Below are positions 35,802 to 45,771 of a DNA stretch of 64,000 nucleotides, piece after piece. Numbering within the stretch: the first letter of the stretch is position 1; every line of letters starts with the position of its first letter. Source of the stretch: a virus; the IMG/VR virus record IMGVR_UViG_3300046501_000233, positions 1 to 64,000 of that record. One strand, 5' to 3'. The position numbers and the translations under genes were made by a program. The notes beneath the pieces are model-generated. The model worked only from the letters and a program-made list of their open reading frames with translations. It did no database searches and was not told the DNA's origin.

Positions 35802-36974
35802 TTAGATCCCGAGGTTCGAGCCGATCTGGTGCTCGCGCAGACGGGCCTTGATGACATCCCGGTAGGCGTAGATGCCGTAGATGCCGATACCGAGCGCTGC
35901 GATCCACCAGTACGGTGCGACCGCGGACACCACGTTGTGCATGGTGTCGAACACGCCCTTGGCGGTTTCCGCTTTGTTAGCGATCTCCTGCGCCTGATCG
36001 AGCAGACCCAGCTTCTCAGCGCCGCCGACGCCGCCGGAAACGACGAGCAGCTTGTTGACGAGAGAGCCCTTGTCGGCCGCCGCAACCGTGCTGGAGCCGG
36101 CTTCCCGGAGATCCTGGACGGTGGCATTGGCGCGGGCCGGATCGACCTGGCGCTTCTCGGTGTCGGAATCGAAGAGAACCTCGCGGGTCTCGTCGTTGAT
36201 CAGGCCGGTCACCGTCAGGCCTTCGCGACGCTGAAACGAAGACAGCGCGCCGGAGGTCAGGTCGCCCCACTTGCCGTCGATCTTGCCGACGTTGTAGCCC
36301 AGCTCCTTCAGGCGAGCCTGAATGGTGGTGGTCTCGGTCTTACTCGGCAGGGCCTCGATCGGGCCGGCCGCCAGCTTGCGAGCCCAGCGCTTCTCGGCAG
36401 CCGCCATGCGGGTGTCGTACTGGTTATCGGCGTAGCGCGGGCCGTTGTAGCCCCGAGCGAACTTCGCAAAGTCCTTGCTTCGCAGGTGAACGTCGAGCTT
36501 GCTCTTCTTGATCTCCCGGATCATGGCCTCGACCTGGGCTTTCACCCGGCCCTTGACCATCCAGTCCACCATCTCGGTGGCGTTGTCGAAGCCCAGACGT
36601 TCGGCGTTGAAGCCCATCGTCTGCCCGAGACCCCATGAGGTGGCGCGGTTGGCGACTTCCTCGTCTACGGATCGCGCCTTGGCGATCACTGCGAGACGTC
36701 CAGAGCTGTTGCCCTGATCCTTATATTGGGTCTTCTTGTTCCACGTCGGGATCGCGAGGCCGGCCTTGATGGCCTGCGTCAGCTTGCTCGGCTCGTGGAG
36801 CTTCATCTCCGAATAGAACTTGTGGCGCTCAAACAGAAGGCGCGGAGTCTCGCCGTCCTGCTCGTATGGAGCGCCAGAGGTTTCGCACTCGACGACGGCC
36901 AGTAGCGACGACTTGGGGATGTTATTCGCATCCGCCGCCGCGCAAACCGCGTCGATGATCTCTTTACTGAACAT
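35802..36974 (-). CDS. Endolysin: N-acetylmuramidase (DUF3380) + peptidoglycan-binding domain + C-terminal hydrophobic region
   Basis: ETSG, LFERHKF, SWGLGQTMGFN, FARGYNG; IQARLKELGY..DGKWG..T..A...FQ. Confidence 0.9.
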   Translation of the reverse strand: MFSKEIIDAVCAAADANNIPKSSLLAVVECETSGAPYEQDGETPRLLFERHKFYSEMKLHEPSKLTQAIKAGLAIPTWNKKTQYKDQGNSSGRLAVIAKARSVDEEVANRATSWGLGQTMGFNAERLGFDNATEMVDWMVKGRVKAQVEAMIREIKKSKLDVHLRSKDFAKFARGYNGPRYADNQYDTRMAAAEKRWARKLAAGPIEALPSKTETTTIQARLKELGYNVGKIDGKWGDLTSGALSSFQRREGLTVTGLINDETREVLFDSDTEKRQVDPARANATVQDLREAGSSTVAAADKGSLVNKLLVVSGGVGGAEKLGLLDQAQEIANKAETAKGVFDTMHNVVSAVAPYWWIAALGIGIYGIYAYRDVIKARLREHQIGSNLGI

Positions 36975-36998
36975 GTTGGATTCCGATGTTGTGAGCGC

Positions 36999-38150
36999 TC
37001 ACCACTGGAAGTCCGGGAAACCCCAATAGGAGCCGTCCTTCAGGACTTCGCCGATAAGCTCGCCGGCCTCGGGCTTCAGGAAGGCGTTCTCCTCCTGCCG
37101 GTTGGAGAAGTTCGCGCCGTCGCCCGGTGCTTTGCATTCGAGCGTCGACTTGATGCCGGTGCTCTTGACGTAGGTGTGGACCGCCTTGTTGATAGTCCAC
37201 GAACCGTTGATGCCGTCGCGCATGTTCTCAACGAGGAGGGTCATCTGATCCTTTATCCAAGGATCGCCCTTCGCGAGTTCGAACGTCGCTCGGCCTTCTG
37301 AGCGCTTCAGCGCTTCTTGCATTGATTGGATGGCAGCCTGCGCCTCCTGCATGGAGTTGAAGATCGTGCCGATCGTGAAGGTCTCGGTGGCCTGGCCGGA
37401 GCTGGCATCCGAGGAGGTCTCGCCGCCGGCCTCGCCGGTAGCGGTGTTGACCCATTTGCGGACCATGTCCGACTTGTCGCGCCAGGCTGCCCGGACGCTG
37501 CCATACTGGTTGCGGCTGTTGTAGGAGCAGTTCCAGGTGCCGAAATGCTCCGGCTGCAGAACAAGCGTTGGCATCGAGATGCCGCTTGCGGTCGTCGTGG
37601 AGTCGCGCGGCACGAACATCAGTCGGCCGTTGGCGATCTTGGCGACCGCGCCGTAGATGCGCTCCAGCTCGTGGATCATGTGAAGATTGCTCGTCACCTG
37701 ATTTTTGAACGGGATCATCTTCCCGGCGAGTTCCGGCGAGATGGACATGCCGATCCCAGCCGAGCCCGCGATGCTACCGAGGATGGAGCCGAGCGACTTG
37801 TTGGCGTAGTTTGCGATGGCCGGCGCCTTCATCACCGAGCGCATGCCGGTGGAGAGGCCGGTCAGCTGGATCGCACGAGGCGGCCCAATGAAGGCGAGAT
37901 CGTTCATTTCGAACGAGCCCATGAACGAATAGCCGACCTCTTCGTATCCGAGCCAAAGCTCGATGACGGCGCCGAGGCCCGGCTTGGCGATTGCCCAGTC
38001 GCGGTCGTCGAGTTTGATCTGCAGCTTGTCACCCTCACCGTCGCCCGAGTTCAACTCGACCTGGATGCTGGTGACGCGATCATTGAAGTGATTGGTGATA
38101 TCGAGATCACCCTTCATGAGCTTGTAGATTGGGGTGTAGCCGGTGGGCAC
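36999..38150 (-). CDS. P2 gpD-like late control / baseplate hub protein
   Basis: DKLQIKLDDRD, LWLGY, position after gpX. Confidence 0.8.
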   Translation of the reverse strand: MPTGYTPIYKLMKGDLDITNHFNDRVTSIQVELNSGDGEGDKLQIKLDDRDWAIAKPGLGAVIELWLGYEEVGYSFMGSFEMNDLAFIGPPRAIQLTGLSTGMRSVMKAPAIANYANKSLGSILGSIAGSAGIGMSISPELAGKMIPFKNQVTSNLHMIHELERIYGAVAKIANGRLMFVPRDSTTTASGISMPTLVLQPEHFGTWNCSYNSRNQYGSVRAAWRDKSDMVRKWVNTATGEAGGETSSDASSGQATETFTIGTIFNSMQEAQAAIQSMQEALKRSEGRATFELAKGDPWIKDQMTLLVENMRDGINGSWTINKAVHTYVKSTGIKSTLECKAPGDGANFSNRQEENAFLKPEAGELIGEVLKDGSYWGFPDFQW

Positions 38151-38166
38151 GCGCTGGCTCCAAAAG

Positions 38167-38193
38167 AAAAAGCCGCCCCCGAAGGAGCGGCTT
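38167..38193 (-). terminator. Intrinsic terminator, 26/27 identical to 58105-58131
   Basis: AAAAAGCCGCCCCCGAAGGAGCGGCTT. Confidence 0.7.
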
Positions 38194-38222
38194 GTCTGAC
38201 GAGATCATGCTCGCCAGGGGGA

Positions 38223-38450
38223 TTAGTCCCAGAGGAAGATCTGCTTGATCATCGGCGCCTGAGTGACGGCGATGGGTGGCTCTGGGAGAATGACGATGAT
38301 GCCGGGCGGCAGGACGATGGCATGCTGCTCGATGCCGGGGTTCTGCGACAACACCCATTCGACGATGCGATTGGTCGTGTTGCCATACCGGTCGTAGCAG
38401 ATGCGATCGATGCGATCGTGCATCTTGGTGCGATAGGTTTTCGTTGGCAT
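38223..38450 (-). CDS. P2 gpX-like tail protein (LysM-like)
   Basis: DRIDRICYDRYG...NPGI...LPPGIIVILP...IFLWD. Confidence 0.85.
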   Translation of the reverse strand: MPTKTYRTKMHDRIDRICYDRYGNTTNRIVEWVLSQNPGIEQHAIVLPPGIIVILPEPPIAVTQAPMIKQIFLWD

Positions 38451-38986
38451 CAGGTGCGATCCGGCTGGATGTTTGCGTTGTCGACCTGCTGATTGACGAA
38501 CAGATCGTTCTCCACTGCGGGAGTCGCCAGATCGTCGCCGTATTTCGCCAGCTCAAGGGTGAAGTCGATCTTGCGGGCGATTGCGTCGCGGCCGATCTTG
38601 GTCTCGATCGTTCGTACCCGCTTGATGACGTAGTTGCCGAGCGTGTCGCCTCCATATCCATTTGGATCGGTCAGCGGATAGAAGCGAACCAGAGCAAGGG
38701 GCTTGCCCCTGGCGCCTGCTTCTCGCAGCAGCTTAATCGTGTTGAGACCGCCGAAATGATAAGGGTACATCTTACCCTCGACGGTGATGTTTTCCTCGCC
38801 GATGCCCGTGAACTGAAATGCTGGATCGCGCGACAGTCGCTCGGAATTGACCCAGTTGTACTGGCTATCTCGCGTGAGCGACTCGAAGCCCGGCGTATCG
38901 GCGTCGAGATGGGGAACGAAGAAGTAAATCGGAGACGTCGTTGAAGTGGGCGATTTGTCGCCCAGTCCCATGAGAACCTGGGGCAT
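38450..38986 (-). CDS. P2 gpU-like tail protein
   Basis: W....R....A.QFTGIGEENITVEG...KIDFTLEL..Y. Confidence 0.8.
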   Translation of the reverse strand: MPQVLMGLGDKSPTSTTSPIYFFVPHLDADTPGFESLTRDSQYNWVNSERLSRDPAFQFTGIGEENITVEGKMYPYHFGGLNTIKLLREAGARGKPLALVRFYPLTDPNGYGGDTLGNYVIKRVRTIETKIGRDAIARKIDFTLELAKYGDDLATPAVENDLFVNQQVDNANIQPDRT

Positions 38987-39043
38987 GTCGTCCTCTCAGT
39001 TGAATTGAAGGAGATCCCCGGCCCCGTAGGGCCGAGGAAATTG

Positions 39044-42000
39044 TCAGACCATCGACGCATCCACGTCGTTGAGACGGTAGTTGTGCTGCTCGTCGATGCG
39101 ACGCTGCACCAGGGTGGCGAGCGCTTCGGGATCGTGCTGGCTACCGTTGATGTGGATCGTCGATCCGCCGTAGCTGGCGTTCTGCATGCCCGGCACGGTG
39201 CCCGAGGACGTACCTGCGGGAGGCACGTTCTGGATGTTCGCGCCTGGTACATTGGCAGTCGGCGGCACGTTCGCCGTGGGAGGGACGTTGACGCCGGGGA
39301 CACCGCGTCGCGCCATCAAGTTTCCGTTCGCCGGAGTCCACTTGTAATTGGCGCCGTCCTTCTGGTTGCCGCCGAACATCTGCAGCTCAAGTCCGTTCGG
39401 ACCCATGCGGGTCTTGCCCGTAGCGAAGCCGACGTGACCGCCAGTCTCACCCGCGCCGCGGCCCTTGGTTTCGACGAGAACGTCACCAGCTTCGACTGCA
39501 GCGTGATTGACCGCCTGCCCCCACTTCTGGAAGCTGTTGGCCACTGCGCTGCCGGTGCCCTTGCCGCCAACCGCCTTGAGGGACGAATTGACGAAGGCCG
39601 CACACCAGGCATTGGCTGCGCCGCGAGGATCGCGACCGCCCATGAAGCCCTTCAGAGCACCGACATCGCGGTACTCGTTCATGTCCTTGAACTGCTCTGC
39701 GACCTTGAGGGCTGCCGCGCCGCCTGCACCGGTGTTGCCGATGACAGAGCCGCCGCTGCCGTCCGAAAGCTCATTGCGGAACTTGCTGACGTTGCCGGGC
39801 CAGTTCTTATTCAGGCCGTTCGGATCGTTCGCAGCACCCGGAGGTGCATACCTGTTCGCGAGAGCGGGGATGCCGCCGCCGGTTTCACCGACGCGCTTTG
39901 ACAGGTTCTTGGCGGTGTAGTCGATGCCGTCAGCAAGGCTGCCGAACTGCATCTTCTTCGACCAGTTCGTGGCCGGGTCCATGATCCCGCCGGGATTATT
40001 GCCCGACAGGTTCTTACCCTTGCCCGTCTCCTGCGCCATGATGCCGGCGAGAAGCGCCGGATCAACGCCGTGCTTCTTAGCAGCAGCGATGATGGCTCCG
40101 CTCTGGCCCGCAAGAGGCGTGCCGGCGAACATCTTGTCGAAGGCTGAGCCGTTAAGGCCACCACCCGACGATCCACCCGGACCGAAGCCACCCAGATTGA
40201 GTGCGCCGCCCTGAGTGGTCGACATCATCTTGCCAGCAACCGTGCCGGCCAGGCCCTCGGACACGCGGGCCGAAGATCCGACAGCAGCAGCTTCTGCAGA
40301 TGCAGCGCCGACGCGCCGGGCCGCCGAGAAGTCGGTCAAGCCTCCGCTGCTTGACAGCGAAGCCCGCTCGATCTTGGCGCCGAACTTTTCAAGGGTTTCG
40401 TTCAGGTCGTCGACCGACTGAGTGAACGACATCTTCTTGACTGGCTGGCCTTCTCCGTCTCCGGAGCCGCTGAACCAATCCGACCAACCCTTGCGGCTCT
40501 TCTCGACCCGCTTCTCGCGCTCTTCGAGCTTCTTCTTGCGCTCTTCCCTCTGCTTCGGACCCTGACCGGGTCCGTCCTTGAAGGCGAGATACGAAGCGAT
40601 GCCAAGAGCGCCCGCGAGCGCTGCGATTGCTGCAGCGCCGGCCGCGCCGAACGCGACAACAGCACCGACGATTGCGGTGATGCCGGTAACGAAGGCAGCA
40701 AAGATGGTAATGACCGGCGACAGGATCGCGAGAGCTGAGGCGAGTCCAATGATCTCTGCGGCGAGCTTGCCGATGTCTTCGGTCTTCGACGTATCGAGAC
40801 CAAACATCTTGCCGACAGACGTGAAGATCGCCTTGAGCTGATCCCAAACGACCCGCAGACCTTCCGCGAAGCCCCTTCCGAACAGGAAGAAGTTGGCAGA
40901 CATGTCAGCAAGGTTCGAGTTCTTTCCGAAAATGCTCTCGAACAGCTCTGCCCAATCCTTGAAGCCAAATCCGACAGCGAGACCGCTGACGAAATTGTCG
41001 ATCAGATCGGTGATCGCCTGCAGATTGCTGCCGGTCAGGTATTCCGTTGCGAAGCTGGTGATCGCGAGGAAGATGCGATCGAATCCTTTGCCGAACGCTT
41101 CCCAGAACTGCTCAAAGGCAGACGTGAGGCTGTTCCAGCGGCCCTGGAAGCTACTGGTCTTCTTGGCTGCTGCATTGGCCAGAAAGTCTTCGTTGCCCGG
41201 AGCCTTCTGAGCTGCGCGGATTTCCTTCAGCTTTGCCAGACCGGACTGGCCGGTCATGACCTCGCCGCGCCATTCGCGCATACCGATCAGATCGGCCGCG
41301 AGAGCACGGTTGGCCTCATCCATCCCTTCCATCTTCTCCATGATGGCGATGATGGTTTCGGTCGGATCAGCGGCGAACTGTCGGGACAGCGACTTCTTGT
41401 TGCCGAAGCCTAGCTTCTTGGCGAACTTGTTCAGATCCTGACCGCGCTTGCCGGTGTCGTGCTGGCCGTTGACGATTTCACCGACGAGGAAGTCGAGGAA
41501 GGTACCGGCCTTGCCGCCCTGCATACCTGCCGAGACGTTCATGGCGTTGATGGCGCTCATGTCGGCGAAGGACATCTTGGACGTCTTGAGGACGCCCATC
41601 GATCGACGGTTCGCCGCGACGATTTCGTCAGGGTTGGCACGAGACTCTGCCGCCGCAATACCGACCGAAGTCAGCGCGGAGCGGGCCTTCTTGGGGTCCA
41701 TCTTTGGATCGACCGAGAACAGCGTACCGATCAGCTTGGTGGTTTCGCTGGCGTTCAGATCCACGCCGGTCTTGCCGGACAGGATGAGGTCGGTGACCTC
41801 CTGCTGATACTCCTTCTTGATACCGGCCTTGGCCGCTTCAGTGTAGGTGTTCAGAACTTCAGCAAGGCTGGTGCCGTATTTAACGGCTGCGCGATTGCCG
41901 TAGCTGCTGCGCATCTGCTTGATGTCTTCAGGCTTCATGTCGCCGAAGATCTGCGCCATGACTTCGGCGCTATCGATCTTCATGCGAGTCCGAAAGGAGG

Positions 42001-42670
42001 ACACGGCAGCTGCACCGCCGACAGCCGTAGCAGCGGCAGCGCCGTGCTGGACTGGCCGATAGACCATGTCGTTCATGCGGCGATGAGCAGTCAGCGGCAT
42101 GTTGCCGGCTGCGGCTATGCGACGGCCCCACTTCTCGCGGGCCTTGTGCCGCTCGCTCTCACCCTTTTCGAGAAGGCGGGTCTTGCGGCGGTCGTAGGCG
42201 TCGCCCAGCTCTTCGAGCTTGCGGTGGACGCCCTCTTCGTTCTTGACGCGGTCGCCGCTGGCCTGGTTCCAGATATGGGCGTAGGCCTGCTCGCGCTTTG
42301 CAAGGAGGGCTGCCTTTCGGCGCCACGCCTTGTAGTCAGACTTGCTCGTTGCCGAGTTCATCTTGTTGACGGCGTCGGTCATATCCTTCTGAAGATCGCG
42401 GAAACTGTCCGCGGTCATCTTGTTGGCGTTGCGCACGCCCTTCGCCCAATCCAAGTTTGCCTTGGTCAGGCCGTTCAAAATCTTGCCGCCGCTGGTCAGC
42501 TTCTTGATGTCGTCAGCGCCGAATACGGTGGGGGTAAGGGTGCCGCGGCTGTTGGCGCTCTTGATACGGCGCTCCAGATCCTGGATCTGGCGCATCAGCC
42601 GGCGGATCGGGTCTGATGCCTTGTCTTCCGCGCTAAGTTGAGCGCGTACGTCGATAACCTGCTGGGTCAT
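39044..42670 (-). CDS. Tape measure protein with C-terminal lysozyme-like and CHAP/TIGR02594-like domains
   Basis: 1208 aa, helical and Ala/Gly-rich, follows the chaperone; HGVDPALLAGIMAQETG..NNPGG; AWCAAFVN, GHVGF, GGNQ. Confidence 0.88.
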   Translation of the reverse strand: MTQQVIDVRAQLSAEDKASDPIRRLMRQIQDLERRIKSANSRGTLTPTVFGADDIKKLTSGGKILNGLTKANLDWAKGVRNANKMTADSFRDLQKDMTDAVNKMNSATSKSDYKAWRRKAALLAKREQAYAHIWNQASGDRVKNEEGVHRKLEELGDAYDRRKTRLLEKGESERHKAREKWGRRIAAAGNMPLTAHRRMNDMVYRPVQHGAAAATAVGGAAAVSSFRTRMKIDSAEVMAQIFGDMKPEDIKQMRSSYGNRAAVKYGTSLAEVLNTYTEAAKAGIKKEYQQEVTDLILSGKTGVDLNASETTKLIGTLFSVDPKMDPKKARSALTSVGIAAAESRANPDEIVAANRRSMGVLKTSKMSFADMSAINAMNVSAGMQGGKAGTFLDFLVGEIVNGQHDTGKRGQDLNKFAKKLGFGNKKSLSRQFAADPTETIIAIMEKMEGMDEANRALAADLIGMREWRGEVMTGQSGLAKLKEIRAAQKAPGNEDFLANAAAKKTSSFQGRWNSLTSAFEQFWEAFGKGFDRIFLAITSFATEYLTGSNLQAITDLIDNFVSGLAVGFGFKDWAELFESIFGKNSNLADMSANFFLFGRGFAEGLRVVWDQLKAIFTSVGKMFGLDTSKTEDIGKLAAEIIGLASALAILSPVITIFAAFVTGITAIVGAVVAFGAAGAAAIAALAGALGIASYLAFKDGPGQGPKQREERKKKLEEREKRVEKSRKGWSDWFSGSGDGEGQPVKKMSFTQSVDDLNETLEKFGAKIERASLSSSGGLTDFSAARRVGAASAEAAAVGSSARVSEGLAGTVAGKMMSTTQGGALNLGGFGPGGSSGGGLNGSAFDKMFAGTPLAGQSGAIIAAAKKHGVDPALLAGIMAQETGKGKNLSGNNPGGIMDPATNWSKKMQFGSLADGIDYTAKNLSKRVGETGGGIPALANRYAPPGAANDPNGLNKNWPGNVSKFRNELSDGSGGSVIGNTGAGGAAALKVAEQFKDMNEYRDVGALKGFMGGRDPRGAANAWCAAFVNSSLKAVGGKGTGSAVANSFQKWGQAVNHAAVEAGDVLVETKGRGAGETGGHVGFATGKTRMGPNGLELQMFGGNQKDGANYKWTPANGNLMARRGVPGVNVPPTANVPPTANVPGANIQNVPPAGTSSGTVPGMQNASYGGSTIHINGSQHDPEALATLVQRRIDEQHNYRLNDVDASMV

Positions 42671-42703
42671 CGGACCTCCTCAACGGAAAAGAAGAAGGCG
42701 CGG

Positions 42704-42901
42704 CTACCTCTTCTGGGCAGCACGCGCCTTTGCGATGGCCTCGGCATCACGAGTGTTCAGCTCGGACACGCCGTCAGCGATCATGAGGAAGTCATCCCAT
42801 TCCAGCTCCTCGACCGTCTGAAGCGTCCAGTGGAAGCGCTCGAAGATCGGGAAGCTGTCAGGGATGATCTGAGCTATTCGCTCAGCATGGGTTTCAAAAA
42901 A
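42704..42901 (-). CDS. gpE'-like extension of the tail assembly chaperone, reached by -1 frameshift
   Basis: FHWTLQTVEELEWDDF motif in the -1 frame after TTTTTTG. Confidence 0.7.
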   Translation of the reverse strand, partial: FFETHAERIAQIIPDSFPIFERFHWTLQTVEELEWDDFLMIADGVSELNTRDAEAIAKARAAQKR

Positions 42902-43149
42902 TCTTCGAACCACTTCTTCATGGGTGCGAAGTCTTCGGTGTCGATCTCGGAGATGACAGCGGGCTCGACCTCACAGAGGTTGCCGAGGACGATCTCCATG
43001 GCGGCGATGCCGTCCTTCTCGACTTCCTTGATGAAGCTGCGCAGGTCGCGCACCTTGGGACGACGGGCTTCCAGCGACGGATACTTCTGGCCGCGGAACT
43101 CGAAGGGGAACTTAAATTCGAACGTGGTCTTGGACATTGTGTTGCACAC
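42874..43149 (-). CDS. Tail assembly chaperone (P2 gpE / Mu gp41-like)
   Basis: RRPKVRDL...ISEIDTEDF; between tube and tape measure. Confidence 0.85.
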   Translation of the reverse strand: MCNTMSKTTFEFKFPFEFRGQKYPSLEARRPKVRDLRSFIKEVEKDGIAAMEIVLGNLCEVEPAVISEIDTEDFAPMKKWFEDFLKPMLSE

Positions 43150-43161
43150 CTTGATGTTGGG

Positions 43162-43196
43162 AAACGAAAAAGGCCCCGCCGGTTAGGGCGAGGCCT
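43162..43196 (-). terminator. Intrinsic terminator after tail tube
   Basis: GC stem followed by TTTTTCGTTTC on minus. Confidence 0.65.
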
Positions 43197-43213
43197 GGGG
43201 GAGTTGGCTGGGC

Positions 43214-43735
43214 TTAGAAGCCGAGCAGGAACCGCGCTTGCGCGCTCTTGTCGACGCCGTTGATGAACGTCACTTTGTTGAACACATCGATCTCGGTGAT
43301 GCGCTCACCGTTCACCATGTGCTTGTAGTAGTGGGCGGTGCACGAGATGGTCTTCTCGTACTTCTTGCCCGGCTCCACCTTGCCCGGCTTGATCGACTTG
43401 ACGAGGCAGCGGGTGTTGACCATCACGCCCTTCTCGATGCCGAGGGGCGTCTGCATGTAGCCGCGGAAGGTGATCGGCACGTTCATGCTGCCGGGGCCGT
43501 AACCCAGGACCGCCCAAACGTCCGTGTTGTAGGTGTGGAGATCGAAGTCGAATTCGATCTTTTCGATACCCATCGGGACATCCACGGTGCCGTCCATGCC
43601 GCCGCCGCGGAACTCTTCCGTCTGGATGTTGATCTCCGGCAGCTGGAAGCCGGGGGACTCGCCGATGAGTCCGATGTCGTTTCCGAGCCAGACGGTGAAG
43701 TCCATCAGGATGTCGGAGTCGCGAAGATTACCCAT
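43214..43735 (-). CDS. Major tail tube protein (P2 FII-like)
   Basis: LPEI....EEFRGGGMDG.V.VPMG...YYK....EIDVFN....NGVD. Confidence 0.9.
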   Translation of the reverse strand: MGNLRDSDILMDFTVWLGNDIGLIGESPGFQLPEINIQTEEFRGGGMDGTVDVPMGIEKIEFDFDLHTYNTDVWAVLGYGPGSMNVPITFRGYMQTPLGIEKGVMVNTRCLVKSIKPGKVEPGKKYEKTISCTAHYYKHMVNGERITEIDVFNKVTFINGVDKSAQARFLLGF

Positions 43736-43821
43736 GTGTGTTCTCCATCCACAGCAAAGCGATGGCCGAGATCACTCCCGGCCATGCTGTGCTTGGATTT
43801 GTTGTGGTGTTGAGTTCGGGC

Positions 43822-45273
43822 TTAGCCGTTGGTGCTGATCAGGCCCGTGAACTCTTCGATGAAGTCGGTGTAGTAGTTCGGGTTGCGACGAGCCCGGAAC
43901 TGCAGCTTCTCCAGGAGAGCCGGCGGTTCGATGTCGTAGTCGACGGTCAGCTCGCCGTTGGCGAAGGTCTGCGGCGTGTTCACGCTTCCCTCGATCCAGC
44001 ACTCGCCGCCGATCAGAGCACCGCGGCCCTTCAGGACGCGCATGTACTCGTTGACGTCTTCCTGGATAGCGGTCAGCAGCTGGAGGCTGAACGGCTTGTC
44101 CATGCGCGAGCGCTCGGCCACTTCGAGGCTCTCGTAGATCATGTCGGCCGTGCGACGGACCGACAGGTGAGCCCAGAGAGGATCGGTGCTGGTGCTGCGG
44201 ACGCCCCAGAAGCGGTAGCCGTCGTCGTGGATGACCGTGGTCACCTGCGCGGCGTTCAGCATGTTCGCTTCGCATTCACGATCGTTGATCATGAAGTCGA
44301 CGGGACGGCCAGGGCCGCCGATGTTCTGGATCGGCTCGTTGGAGAACGAGTACCAGAAGCCCTTCTCGTTATCGATGCGGGCCTGGATGCCTGCGGCGTA
44401 GGCCGAGGCCGGCTTGTTCACGTAGAGCGAGTTCTCGGTATCCCACTTGAGGACGCCGGGATCGATCACGGAGACGCGCTGGCTGCCGTAGTCGCCGCGG
44501 TACTGAACCGCATCGGCATAGTTGGTGCCGGGGCCATCCAGGAAGGCAACGGCGCGGAGGCGGCTGGTGATCGCCGACAGGGCGACGCCGACCGGGTTCG
44601 CAACGCCGCCGAGGACTGCTCCAGCAGCTGCGTTCGTGCCTTCACCGGTGATGGTGACGGTCGGGGTGCCGCCGGTGTAGCCGAAGCCAGGGTCGGTGAT
44701 CGAGATGCCGGTCACTGAGCCGCCAACGACCTGAGCAACCGCCGTAGCGGTGCGACCGCCAGCAGCCGGGGCGCCGATGGTGACGTTGGTGGTGGCTGCT
44801 ACGTAGCCCGTACCAGGGGTGGTGACGTTGATGTTGGCAACGCCGTTCGTCGGGCGGGCGCCGGTCATGCCGGGGGCGATGAGCAGCTTCGGGATGACCC
44901 GGAGCATCGGGCGCGACTTGAGCAGCGACCAGATGCCGGTCTTGGCGGAAGGCGAGCCGACCGCGTTGGACCAGGTCTGAGCATCCTGATTGGCGCCGGA
45001 AGCACCTTCGGCGACACGAACCACCACGACGGTGGCAGAGCCCTGACCGTAAATGGCGTCGATGCCGTCGAGCAGCGTTCCGTTGGTCTTGAGCTGGCCA
45101 GCCTTGAGCGTGTCAGCGAAGACAGGGACCGGCGTGTTCAGCGGGAACAGATCGGGGTCTGCATCCGGCGCGGTGCCGACGAGGCCGATGACGTTGGACT
45201 TGACGGTCTGAACCGGACCGGAGGGGCTGTCGAGTTCGATCGTCTCGATGCCGTGAAGATAATTCGTAGCCAC
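43822..45273 (-). CDS. Contractile tail sheath protein
   Basis: YLHGIETIE, VIGLVGTAP, GFWYSFSN, GYRFWGVRS, SVRRTAD. Confidence 0.93.
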   Translation of the reverse strand: MATNYLHGIETIELDSPSGPVQTVKSNVIGLVGTAPDADPDLFPLNTPVPVFADTLKAGQLKTNGTLLDGIDAIYGQGSATVVVVRVAEGASGANQDAQTWSNAVGSPSAKTGIWSLLKSRPMLRVIPKLLIAPGMTGARPTNGVANINVTTPGTGYVAATTNVTIGAPAAGGRTATAVAQVVGGSVTGISITDPGFGYTGGTPTVTITGEGTNAAAGAVLGGVANPVGVALSAITSRLRAVAFLDGPGTNYADAVQYRGDYGSQRVSVIDPGVLKWDTENSLYVNKPASAYAAGIQARIDNEKGFWYSFSNEPIQNIGGPGRPVDFMINDRECEANMLNAAQVTTVIHDDGYRFWGVRSTSTDPLWAHLSVRRTADMIYESLEVAERSRMDKPFSLQLLTAIQEDVNEYMRVLKGRGALIGGECWIEGSVNTPQTFANGELTVDYDIEPPALLEKLQFRARRNPNYYTDFIEEFTGLISTNG

Positions 45274-45287
45274 GAAGTGGTCTCCTT

Positions 45288-45321
45288 GAAACGAAAAAAG
45301 CCGCCCGGTGAGGGCGGCCTT
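45288..45321 (-). terminator. Intrinsic terminator upstream of sheath
   Basis: GGCCGCCC/GGGCGGC stem followed by TTTTTTCGTTTC on minus. Confidence 0.65.
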
Positions 45322-45345
45322 GGTGGTGGGTTGTTGGCGATGTGT

Positions 45346-45771
45346 TTACGGTCGAGAGATCAGTGGGTAGTGGGTCCACTTCTCTTGTCCGGGGACGATC
45401 GTGATGCCCCGCTGGACCGTGATGCTTCCCGACACGAGTCGGTAAATGCCATCGCCAGCAACGAGGACGATGTCATAGTCGTAGAGGCCGGGCGCCACTT
45501 GGGACGTCTCCGACATCTTGATCTGAAGTGCGAACTTGCCAGCAGCGCGGTCGGTGACCACGATCTTCTGATTGTCCGAATTGATATTGGCAGCGACGTT
45601 GCCGTTGGAGTCCTGCATCTGCATGTAGAACTTCCAGCTGAGGTCGATGGCGAGAGGTTCGTCATCCTTCTTCAGCTGATATTCTCGGCTCCAGTCTTCA
45701 TTCGTCGCCGCATTAAAGGCATCCAGAATAACATCCGGAGGCGAGTCGATCAGAGAGACCGTGATGCTCAT
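45346..45771 (-). CDS. Virion-associated beta-sandwich protein (BppU-like)
   Basis: YDYDIVL...RLVSGSITV..GIT pattern. Confidence 0.55.
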   Translation of the reverse strand: MSITVSLIDSPPDVILDAFNAATNEDWSREYQLKKDDEPLAIDLSWKFYMQMQDSNGNVAANINSDNQKIVVTDRAAGKFALQIKMSETSQVAPGLYDYDIVLVAGDGIYRLVSGSITVQRGITIVPGQEKWTHYPLISRP

